A DNA stretch of 64,000 nt from contig CM119385.1 in the NCBI GenBank assembly GCA_051294905.1, positions 11,532,001 to 11,596,000 of the forward strand. The letters are read 5' to 3'. Within the stretch, counting starts at the first letter, position 1; each line of letters begins with the position of its first letter. The DNA comes from Botryllus schlosseri. Its lineage: Eukaryota. Below, one piece after another: positions 45,924-57,900 of the stretch. Below the pieces are notes generated by a model that was not told where the DNA came from, did no database searches, and was given only the letters and a program-made list of their open reading frames with translations. The translations under genes and the position numbers were made by a program.

Positions 45924-47732
45924 GGGAGACCGGGGACAATTGTAACACTTTTCGTATTTTCCAACATTACGTGTTTTTCTCGTGTAAATTTCACTTCCAA
46001 AGTTTTATATAAAGAAGCCAGCAACTCGATAGTTGATATGAAAACAAATTGGAACACAATCAACAATCAATCATGGAAATTTTGGGTCGCAAAAATCGCT
46101 GCTCAAATGTTACAATCGCCCCGTACCCAGGGGCAATTGTACCACCCTTGCGGGGCAATTGTAACAGTGTTATTTATAACTAAACACAAACTAAATGAAC
46201 AACGAAAACGGAAGCACAAATTGTAATATTGCATGAAACTAAAGGATGAGACGTTTGAACGCTTCCAGGCTACGCCCCATCGCATTTATGGCATCTGAAT
46301 GCAATATCACCCTTCGTGTCTTGTTCAAGCTTAAAGTGTACAAGAGACACATTCATTCCATCATCTCCCTACACGGTTCTATACCAATACCGAGAAAACC
46401 ATTACCGAGAATGGACGTTACTGAGAATGCCATTACCGAGAATGGACATTACCTAGAACGGGCATTACCGAGAACGGACATTACCGAGAATGGACACCAC
46501 CGAGAATGGACATTACCGAGAATGGCCAATGTCAAGAATATAGCTTACTGGGACTGACGTTGCCGAGAAATGTATACCCGAGCATCGATACCCAATGTGG
46601 CAACGCCGTGATGCACTCCCACGACCTGTGCATATGCATAACATGCCTGCATTGCATATATTGCATTCTCGGTAAAGTCCATTCTCGGTGGTGTCCATTC
46701 TCGGTAATGTCCATTCTCTGTGGTGTCCATTCTCGGTAATGTCCATTCTCGTTGGTGTCCATTCTCGGTAATGGCATTCTCGGTAATGGTTTTCTCGGTA
46801 TTGTCCGGACACCCTCCCTAAACATATTCGGCCTCTTCTACCAAGGTTCTGTTGTTCAGCGGGCATAATGGGTTGGTCATTCGGTCACCTGCGAAGGTGC
46901 GAAACCGACCTGGCTAACATATCTTGGTTGAATGGGCCGATGATAGTATAGTAAAACGAGGACGCAACATTGTGTGGCGTCATAGCTATAATGACATTTA
47001 TCTGTGCTGTAGAAAATTAACATAAATTGTTCGCATCAAATATCAAAATGTAAGTGGGCCATGATCAAAGTCAGAGGACGAGAATTTAGCCATGACTATT
47101 GAAGTTCAACACACCAAAAGTCGATCAACATGAGAAAGGGTGGTTGAATCACGAAAATAACCGAACCGTCAGATTCACATCACGGATGATCACAAATGAT
47201 CACGTTAGAATTGGTATCGCAAGGCAGTATCTGTTCTGGTGAACTTCTGGCTGTTGCAAGATTATTCTGCAATAGATGAATGGTAATACCAACATATGAA
47301 AAAAGACATTCAGAATTGATAACATATTGTAACGGGGCAAAAGTAACAGAGTGTTACGATTGCCCCTGACACGCTCGACCATGATTAGTGTCTCAGTATG
47401 GTACCTTCCGGCGATGCAAGTCCTATTCTTTCCATCACCACGGTAGACTATAGTAACATTGTTTCAGCTACACATATTACGTTGTAACTACTTGAGGTAC
47501 TATTCGTCTAGACAAATTATTCCAGACCAGAAAAACTTTACTCAAGGGTCAAAAATTTCGTTTTTTGCGAATTATTCCGGGGTTTCGCATCGTAGCTCAA
47601 CGTAACTCCAGGTATAATAGGATAGATAACTACTGCATGCGCACTTAAAATATCAAGCTGATTTCTCCATCCTACTAGCGGTGAGGTCGATTGTTACATT
47701 TGCCCCTAGTTACATTTGTCCCCGGTCTCCCC
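45924..47732. mobile_element. TA-flanked non-autonomous DNA transposon (Tc1/mariner-pogo-like MITE)
   Basis: TIR GGGAGACCGGGGACAATTGTAAC / GTTACATTTGTCCCCGGTCTCCCC, with TA on both sides and subterminal GGGGCAA(T/A)TGTAAC copies at both ends. No intact transposase. Confidence 0.75.
46374..46814. mobile_element. Foldback-type MITE with inverted arrays of a 16-bp unit, nested in the 45924-47732 element
   Basis: Left arm of tandem TTACCGAGAATGGACA units and right arm of the reverse complement. Flanks TCCCTACA / TCCCTAAA match at 7 of 8 positions (putative TSD). Confidence 0.8.
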
Positions 47733-48805
47733 TACGAGATGCTTTGTGGAAGTAGCCTAATACGCTATCGAGAGACAGAAATATTTTGTAAACCAGCAAA
47801 TAGTGGAATATTTTCTGGGAAGATTTATTAAACTCAAAATTTTTCTTCGTTTTACTAATGATTTCATGTCAATGGCCTTTTTGATTTTAATATAGGTACA
47901 ATCCAACGTTGTGTTGAAAATGGACGACAGCTGGTACGATAAATTTTATTGAAATCTCAGGGGGTACGGACGCTATAAATGTTAAGAAGCACTGCTCTAG
48001 GCTTTTGTTAAGACACCGCTTAAGCGAATCGAATGGCGGTGCGGGAGCATAAATAACCCTGCAAGACGAAGGCGAAGTTGACCTCGGCGAGACTCGAACT
48101 CAACATGACCTATACTCCGCTGTCAACCGCGTGATGAAACCATAGGTAGGGTCAAAAGGTTTGTTTGTGGGTTATCAACTTTTTACGCTTATTACGCAAT
48201 AATCAAATTCGGAGGTAAATGTATTGAAGAATCAAGAATGTTTCCTGTGCCTATAATTGTGCATTACGTATCATTTTCTTTCTGTATAAATGGTTTGAAG
48301 CCTTCTCTAATTAGGAAGGATAGTGGGAAGGGTTAGGGGGTAAATTAAGTGAGGTTTCAAAGTTTACGTCAGATCTCTCTATTCTGCATATGCAGGCCAT
48401 ATCCAACCAAGCGGCAACATAAGCGCTGTGTAGCCAAGTAAGTAACGAATATTACTACAATTTTTGTGGTGATCCGATTCTAATTGATATCACCGTCTTT
48501 GCCGCAAGGCTATATTTGGTATACTACAATCCGGTTTTAAATTTCAGGGATCATAAATCTACTCTCTGTGGATTCGCACCATCAGTATGAAGCGCAAAGG
48601 CCCGCCGTCTAACGGTAACAGGGAGACACCGCAAAAAAGGTCGCGAGAAAACGGTAAGGTCCGCAAAAGAATTTTCATAGGATCGGTGCGCTATTCTAGA
48701 AACCGGATGTTCAACAACATGTTACAGATTTACTTATCACTAAAATTGAAATGGGGTCATCAGACCACAGCATATTTCCTCAAACGCTTGAAAACCTTCA
48801 ACTAT

Positions 48806-48841
48806 TGATAACTAAGGAAAACCGGTTTACCTTAGTTATCT
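48806..48841. repeat. 36-bp AT-flanked hairpin micro-element
   Basis: AT|TGATAACTAAGGAAAACC-GGTTTACCTTAGTTATCT|AT. It shares GATAACTAA with the 26898 hairpin. Confidence 0.5.
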
Positions 48842-49439
48842 ATACTTCAACTCGACGCAAGCCCAATGCTTCAGTAAGAAAACGTTCATTTCTCCCCTGA
48901 GATGAAAAGTGCCATTTTCCTGGAGTTCTGTGAACCTTCCAAACCTGCAAACCTTCCAAACTTTCATCTTATGCCTGAGGAGGCCGAATTCAAAAATTCG
49001 AAATGTCAAGATGTGACAAATATTCCGAACATTGTAACGCGAATAATTTCGCCTAAGCATGTCCCAAGAGATGTACAATTGACCACAGTGGGTGGACTAG
49101 GCAGAAATGAGCCCAGTTTTGTAGATATCCATATATATCATTAGTATCATTGCGAAACACTTCACTCGTATATGGCAGATGCTGTTGTCATGGTGCAGTC
49201 AAACTGCCCATTCAGCTTATGAAGTATTTACGCTACCTGTCGTTTGAGTAGCGACTGCCACATATCTATGTCATGGGGGGAAATATAATGGGATTTTAGC
49301 ATTCCCGAGCGTAACCTTTTCATATGCTGTGGTTATTATTTTGTTCTTTGTATTGAATTTTATATGGCTCAACGCCTCAGCAACGGTTGGTCAGTCGATA
49401 TCGATATCCGCCCGGTATTGTTTATCGGTATATTACGCC

Positions 49440-49712
49440 TGGTGGGCATGAAGTGTCATGAGTACTACGTCAAAAGGACTCGGGATTCGGATAATTGATA
49501 TTACGTTATACGCCACTGGGTGTTTCGTCTTTGTTTCTTAGAATGACTCATACTTACATGATTCGGTTCGGGAAACTTCCTGTGTGTGGGGTTCGTCGCC
49601 GATCTAAAGGGAGGCTGTCCAAACAGCTCGTTTGTCGAACGCTGGGCTGGCTGGCTGCAGCTATACTTGAAACGATCTCTTTGTGTACGGTCCCGTATCT
49701 TATACCTTACCG
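49440..49712 (+). promoter_or_regulatory. Candidate promoter / non-coding first exon of the ZFAND5/6 gene
   Basis: This is a locally CpG-rich stretch with an ETS-like ACTTCCTG near 49575 and a donor-like CG|GTATAT at 49712/49713. The first coding exon has an acceptor at 57895/57896, only 5 nt before the ATG, so an upstream exon must exist. The assignment is an inference. Confidence 0.35.
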
Positions 49713-50252
49713 GTATATGAAATTGAAATGTAATTAATCGCTAATATATAATTCTATGTTGTCGTGAATCGATTTAGTTTTCGGTTAGCCTGCATGTAAT
49801 TTATGTGACTTCTGGTATATGAGTGCTAACTCAACTGTAGCCTACTAATAGCTGTAAGCCTGTAACATGACTAGGCGTGAACCGTGAATTATAACAGATC
49901 TGCTGAACATGATGTCACAAGGTGGTATTCGATGCATACTGTATTTCATATTTTAAGGAAACTTGGCAAAAAAAATGTGCCAAAGCCATATCCTAAGTTA
50001 TGCTGTGTATGCAGTATTAATCCATTGGCGCTATAATATTAAACAAAAATGGGTGCTGATAATAATAAGGATCTGAGTGTTATGCCATAGAAATCTGTTT
50101 GTAAAATCCGTATATCGATATTATTGCCATAAGAACAGATATATGAATATATGGTTGATCCTATTATTGTTTTGTTACCAAAGCTCTTTTTCATTGATTT
50201 TAGTTAAATAAGTCAGCCAATCATGCATGCCTCCTCTTTACATCGCCTAGGC

Positions 50253-51323
50253 CAGGGGTTCTCAGCCATTTCTTGGCTGTGGCCCATTTTCCGGTTTGAA
50301 ATTGTTCTGTGGCCCACCTCTTTTCAAGTCATGGTGCATTTCAATGTGTGGTAGGCTTATCGCCGCCGATATGACTATTTCTTTATAATATACGGATGTT
50401 TTTTTTATTACTAGTGTTCATATTTAATTATCGATCTGAGGGGGCCTGAAATCGCGCGAAGCGCGACGAAAAATTTCAAGGTAAATAAATCTCCAACAGA
50501 CAACCAATTATTAGCAACTTAGAGCTCTCCCAATTGTGGGTTAAGGATGCGAAAGTTACGGCGATGCAATATCGTATAACTCTTGCATACATCCTCTGTT
50601 CCACTCAAGTCGCGAAACCCAATGATCCGTTCCCCGCATTCACTGTGTGATTGGGGGTTTAATTCCACTCTGGTGGGGAATACTATACCCATTCTGGGCC
50701 CGCTTCAAACAATTCTTTGATGAATGGGATACTAAAGAGAAGTGAATTTTTTTAAATATGCTAGTAATACAATGTAGTCCTAACTAACATATGTCTTGTA
50801 CCTTTTGAAGTCACGATGTAATAACATTAAATCCAATGATACCACCAATGCATGTGACTCTTAAATTGTGTACAACGATTTCAAGGCCGGACAATTTTAG
50901 ACCGACTCCGAAGATTAATGTGCTGTGCCAACTCCTCAATCCATTATGACCCAGTCGGAATACTTGGATATTTATCCCAGCATTAACTTTCAGTTATTAT
51001 ATAATCGAAATTGTTTCCGTTGCTGTAGGCCAGAGGTTGTGATAACTTGGGGTATAAAAGCCGCCGTATCCCCACCCATTTCGACTTGTACATTCGCGAC
51101 TCCATACGTACCACTAAGTCTCATCAGAGTCGAATGAAAAGCTTTATGTATAGCATACGTAAAATTCGATAAATTCGATAATTCGATATATTTTTTTAAA
51201 TATATGAACAAAAGAAAAACTAAACTTTCACGAATTGTACAATTTTCCAAATAACTCTGTGGCCCACCCAAATTACTCCTGTGGCCCACTAGTGGGCCAT
51301 GGCCCACCCTTTGAGAACCCCTG
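50253..51323. mobile_element. hAT (Charlie-like) non-autonomous element, copy 1
   Basis: TIR CAGGGGTTCTCA / TGAGAACCCCTG, a perfect 8-bp TSD GCCTAGGC and GTGGCCCAC subterminal repeats. Confidence 0.92.
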
Positions 51324-54300
51324 GCCTAGGCCAAGGTGGGTGTCAGATTCCATAGACTACTCCTTGTCGCTTCGACATCTTCCTGTCTTTTCATTGTATC
51401 GCATTTTTGTGGTGTATTGAACTGATAAAATTGCTAATAAACCAATGATTGATTGATTGATCAATCGAAGAACAGAAATATCATCCAGCGAGGTCTATTG
51501 AGAGCAGTTCCCAAACTGCTGTACGATGAAGTGCTTGATGTGCATGTGCCAATGTAGTTTGAGTGTGTAAAAAACAAAAACTTACGGTATTGTCCGGATG
51601 GTGGGCTATACTGTGCTGTTTCGCACCTTGTAGATTCCCCAGCCGGGCCAGGGAGGTGTTGTGTGAAAATGTTGATGATACGCTGTACTAAACAATGTCC
51701 GTAGCGTAGGCAATAATGTGTAATATAGGTCAACATGAATTTGTGGCTTTCACCAACGTTATAACTTTAGCATTATAGGCTATTTAGTCTTTTGTACATG
51801 TTACGGCAGATATGGTATGGTATGAATACTATGAAAGACATCTTGCTGGTGCTCGGCTCTTGATTTTTAATTGTGCTCGCTTTTACATGAAAAGAAAGGA
51901 TATTGTGTATAATACAAATAGATTCCTCATTTTTTAACAAATAAATGGATTTGCATGTCGCTTGCAATATTTCGATTCGGTTTAGTACCAAATTACACGG
52001 CTGTCCGATATCGGTCCTATTTTATTAAAAAGGACTCTGACACAAATCTCACTTTCGCGACCGTATATTTGTGGGAATGTCAGCTCTGTTGTCCTAAAAT
52101 GAACCCAGTAGAGAATTTACCGATGACGAAGATGTATGAAATTGGATTCAGATGATTGAAATGCATGTATAGATGCATGCTTCTGCTCATTAACTCGGTC
52201 TGATCAGGTCTGACACACTAATGCGTGGCTATCAACAGCGCATAGAGGTTGTATCTGTCACGCTATCCTATACTTCAATACTACGGTAAGTTTAAGGCAC
52301 TTTTGTTCACTATACTGTATGTTCCTTTTTTCCAATGGGTATTTTCTATAACAGTGACTTTCTATTTGTTCTATTTGTTTGATAGTTCAAGCTTGAGTCA
52401 TGTGTGATCATTTGCTGTCACTGTTTACATTTTCAAAACATTTGAAGACATGATTCACATTTCTACTAAAAGAAAGTTCTGTCATCGCTTTCTTGGTCAA
52501 TTATATGGTTCAATTTGTTTCGTCGACCGTAATCCAATCCCAGTTACTCTATTCACATATTGGAATGAAATATCTAAGTTCTCTTTTGCATTTGTTTGAT
52601 TGTGTTAAATTGTATACAAGTGACTGGTTTATAATTAGTGCTAGGACATATTCCATGAGCTATGGATTAGTTTGTGAAATGATGTATTCTTGCTAGGTAA
52701 TGATTATGTAACATAGTCAATGAATCAACATGCATTAATCAAGGTGTTTTAGTGATTTTACATATCTAATTGAGTCAAATATGTAATCACAATGTATTGC
52801 ATATGCACTTAGTACTTTGTATATGATGCTCTTAGTATATCGCAGTTTTGTTCGCAAATTCTCTAGGTCTCGGCACACCCAGTTCCTCGCTGTAATTCTT
52901 TTAACCTTTAGTTTTGTTTGTCTCGTACCGCTTTGTATATATATAGACTCCCGTGAATTTCTATTAAATTTGTTAAAAAATTTCGATTCAATTGAAATTG
53001 GCTCTGACTTATCTGATGGGAGTTTCTGAAACTAATGTATCATCAATTTATCATATTTGAGATTATCACTTATGTTGTATCATGAACAGCCCAGTCTGAC
53101 TCTCAACATTCTTAATTTGATTTAATGTCATGCGAGATGCTCCGTGAGTTCTGGTATGTGTGGAATTGACGTGCTTGTATTTATGCTTGGTCTTATTTAC
53201 CTTACAGGCCTCATAGACAGTAACCACAAGGAATTGTGAATTGATGTTTTTTCCTGAATATTTTTTCAACGATGTGTTGTATATGATGGTACAAATAGGA
53301 CTAACAACTTGATAAAGCCAGATACACTTTTGTGACAGTATATTTTTATATATTCTTGAGAGCACCTATGCCTAGTTGTCTGAGATGTATTACTGGTATT
53401 ACCGACGACCAGCCCTGTACCACCCAACCAACATCAACAGCTGTTCGTTACTAAACCGTATTGATCAAAAGAGTGCAATGATTGATTGCTCAACACGAAA
53501 CTCAATTCCTGGGCTGTGGCCAGATGTAGAATTATAATAAATTCGTGAACCCTGGATACAGTAGTAGGAATAGATCAATTTAACAAAAATAAGGTTGCTG
53601 TGTATGTGTAGATTTGAAGACGAATTCAAATATTTCATCAAGTATATTTATGAGCTATTGAAATTTATTGCCTTCTAATGGGCAGATTGTAGATATCTTA
53701 TAATAGGTCCATTCGGGACGCTGTGTTAATGTTCTGAGTGGCGGGTGTTGGTTGTAAAGATAATTATAATCCTGAATTGCAGCTGAGATGTAGTATTCTT
53801 GTGCCATTCTGTCATGACTACTGCGTTATATTAGTCACTAGTTAGTTTTCCTACTTTCTAAATGACTCAGATCTATTGTCTGCTGTTCCTGTGTAGCTTT
53901 CAGCTGATAGTTTTTTCACAAAGCCTGTGCTTGTACTATGCATGCCCACAGATTTCTGTAATTTTATTGACATTTTATGCCTTCACTCCCTTTGTTCTTG
54001 AAGCTGTTTGCAAGTGATTTTTTAATCTGTGACAGCTAACGGTGATAGGAAAGTGTGTTTAAATGACATACAACCTGACCTTGCTTGTCTGGGCTGGTGT
54101 AATCTCCTAACAGGCCTCCATTCCTGTAGCATGATGTCATTTATTCAGTTTCTGTGCCAAGATTATTGCCAGTTCATCTGTAGCAGGTTTAGAACATGCA
54201 TCATTATGGCAGTATCACTGATTCTTGATCATGTTCAACACTACTGCAAGTTTCCAATTGTGTGATATCAAGGGTAATAGTAATTTCACATTCATTCCCA

Positions 54301-54863
54301 TTGGATTGGTTTTCTTATGACATTATAAATAAAAATAGCTTGCTGAATAAATTGCCAAAAGTTCTTTGATCTGATCACTTGACTTACCTATCAACTTGCT
54401 CAGAATGCTCTACATTTTGATCCTATGGTCGTGTTCCAATATTTTGTATCGTGGTTATGTAATTTTTGTAGCTACTGTCTAGTCTAGTTATAAATTTGTT
54501 CTAATGTGTTATGGACATCACATGCTTGCGTTTATCTATCGTTCCTGGTGTTTATTAATGAGTCATCGTTTAGATTTGTTATGCTCGGTCTCCTAGTAAG
54601 TAGGTTGTACAGTACGTAGTGTTTTTCAATGAACAGATGAGTTGTAAGTCAGAAATGATTGTTGAAAAGTTGCACAACTGCACATGGTGTGTGTGGTATT
54701 ACTCAAGCCATCTGTTCCTTGAATGCTTCCTGTGTTTTGGCACAATTCAGAAAATGGTGGTGTCGCAGGAAATGTTCTGCAGTGGATTCCTCAGATCATA
54801 CATTCATGCTTGGCATATTGTGTGTAGTCACTTTCCCTAATCCATTGTGCTGACTGTCTAGCA

Positions 54864-56093
54864 CAGGGGTTCTCAGCCCTTTCTTGGCCATGGCCCATTT
54901 TCCGATTTAAAAATGTGCTGTGGCCCACCTGATATCTTGGAGTCATAATCCTGTTTAATTCGTCGTTACGGACAGCGCCGATATGCCTATTTTTCTAATA
55001 TATGCGCATTTTGCTCTAACTGATGATATTTAAATCTCGATCTCTCGGGATATGAAATCGCGCGAAGCGCGAAAAAAAAATCAAGATGAATAAATATCGT
55101 TCAACAAACGATCAACGAAATAATCTTGGGCCCCTTCGAGCTCCCCCAATTGGGGATGTGGGTGCCGCAGTTACGGCCCTGGTAGATCATAAGCTAAAAC
55201 TCCTAAGTAGATTAATTTCGTCCGCTGCTCCATTCGCGTCGCGAAACACAATGATCAGATCCCCGCACTATGTGATTGTGACTTTAGTGATACTATTGTG
55301 GGGAATATTATATTCATTCTGGGCCAGCATCGAACAAGTCATTGGTGAATGGGGTACTACAGAGAAGTGGAGAAAGATTTTTCAATATGCATGATGTACT
55401 TTGCATGTCTTGTAGCAAAACAACTGACGTTGCGATGTCAGAATATTCAATCCAATGATGCAATCAGTTCCCGTGACTCTTTCAGTATGTACAATGATTT
55501 CCAGGCAGGACATTTAAACCGACTTCAAATATTAATGCGCTCCGATAAATCCTCAATCCATTAAGATTCGTTGTTGCGGTATGGTGCAGTATACCTTCGC
55601 CAGAAGTTGCTAATAATTTGCAATTATCGTTATGTTTAGCTTGCAATAATACGGCCTGCCGAAGTACAGTAAATCTATACATCAATTGCACTTCATTGCG
55701 AGTTCATTGCATACCCCTTTCAACGGGATACGACATATGACCCTGCCAGAATACTCGGTTACTTCAGCATTATCTTCCAGTTATTATAGGCTTGAAATTA
55801 TTTTAGTTGCTGTTAGCCGTAGGTTGTCATAGCCGGTAGAAAAAGCCACCGTTTCTCCCTAACGTTTTCGATTTGTACATGCTGACTTCATGCGTGCCAC
55901 TACGTCTAATCGGAGTCGGATGAAAAGCTTTATGTAGCCTACGTATAATTAGATAATACGAATATAAGCGAATAACATAAGAAATATAACTAAACTTACA
56001 TTAATTCTAAAATTTTCCAAATGGCTCTGTGGCCCACCTCAAAATGCTCTGTGGCCCACCAGTGGGCCATGGCCCACCCTTTGAGAACCCCTG
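54864..56093. mobile_element. hAT (Charlie-like) non-autonomous element, copy 2
   Basis: Same TIRs as copy 1 and a perfect 8-bp TSD GTCTAGCA. The interior is homologous to copy 1 but clearly diverged. Confidence 0.92.
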
Positions 56094-57900
56094 GTCTAGC
56101 AGGAGAAATTTTATTTAGGATATAGTGGAGCATGAGATATGAGACCCAACAGCGGTAGTACGAAAAGTTTTATCTAATAGCGCCTATTGATGTTGCTTTG
56201 TCCTTCTTGTCGAGGTTATAGATCCATGAAAAGCTCTCAAATTCACTTGTTTTCCTACTGTGAAAACTATAAATATTTTTCTTTCTCCCACATATCTTCA
56301 ATGACTTGATTAGAGAGCATGGCGAAAATAATTTGAAGCTTTGCCCTCGTGGTATGTTTCAGGGGGGAAGAGCTTGTGATGTTCTAGTTGACACGATTGC
56401 TAATAATCGGTCATAACCTGTGTGGTTTCGTCACATGCTGTCACAGTACGGAGAACAGTTTATACTGTTGTTTATTCAATATAGGGTTCTACTTCCTAGA
56501 AGGTTTATCCGGCTGAGCTAGTCGTACCGATTATAAGATGCCTGCAATAAATTCCTTACCATCAGCTGAAGGTTAATTTATTTTCACACTTTCGTGTTTA
56601 TGAAGTTGTTCTCAAGGTCGCTCTTACTGAATGATATCAATGATGGAGGAATAGCCAGCTTCCTGTCATTGCTTGTGATCTAACATATTAAAGGTAGTAT
56701 CGGTTATTTAGGCTTTTGTGCGACAGAAATGGAGTCTGACCTATTTCAAATAGTGGAGTTATGTCATGCTCTCTTGGTTATTGTTCTGGAACCTTTATCA
56801 TGACTGTTTTGACTGTGCTCTCTGTTTACAGTATTGGAGGTGTAGTGAAATCGTTGGTGTTCTTTGTTCACCTTGATTGATTGCCTACTGCATATATATT
56901 TTTACCACAGCATCAAGTGTCTTGTTGATATGCTTACAAGTTCCAGAGCGCAGGAACCATCTTTCTTTTATCCTAGTATTGCTTTATATAACTGGTACTG
57001 TTTTAATTTTCTATATGTTCATGACAAGTGAAACTACATGCTTGAGAGAATTTCTCTATAACAAAATGACGTGGGAACTAAAGTGACGTGTGGACTCGAA
57101 AGAATCGTGTAATCCTTTCAACAGTCTGGTTTCAGTCATATTAGTGATAATCTGTTGCTTACGAATCTATTATTATTATTTCTGCAAAATCAAAAACACC
57201 TTCCTCTTGCTTGTAATTTAGTGGTCTATCCAGCTATGGGGTCAACCTTTATTTCTCTGCCATCCTGTTTTTGTGGTGATATTTTCTTCACAGCTTGGTA
57301 ATTTGAGAAGGCATGTATCGCCTCAAGCAACGCGCATATCAGCACTATTCACCTTTGTTATTTCAATGAAATTGATTACGGCGACTAGAATTATCCTTTT
57401 AACTGCTTTGTCCCTGTGCCTAACTGCATTGAGGTGAATTCCTACCTGTTTCTAATGTTACAGCGAGCTTTCGCTAGGAATTGTGTGGTTATCATTTTCC
57501 TGCCGATGACACTTTCAACCTCAGCTGTTCATGTGGCCACGACTTCAGTTCATGCTGATGTTGACATAGTAACTTGGGTGACTCATCAGCTTTTGTATTG
57601 TGTTGTTTAGATTTTGGTGTCGTCATTAGGTTATTATTCAAACTTGTGGACTTGATCCATTACTGAGAGCAATATATTTGGATTTTACTCTGAACGGACA
57701 CACTTTCGAGTAACCCATAAAGCAACTGGTCGATAAGGCCGTGGATTGGATACTCGCTACATTATCATTTTGCCATCCGTTTTCATCAGTATCCGCCCTT
57801 TTTATCAGGTAATAGTTTGTGGAAGTTTCGATTTTTGGACAATCAAAACGTTGGACGTTCCTTCCGCCTGCTAACATTCGTATTCTACTCTATAGTGACG

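Noticed and set aside
46390-46800. Possible CRISPR-like array
   Set aside because: The units are contiguous with no unique spacers, the two halves are inverted, and the context is eukaryotic.
46246-46866. Repetitive ORFs (ITENGH / EWTLPRM repeats)
   Set aside because: These are translations of the 16-bp inverted arrays of a MITE, not a repeat protein.
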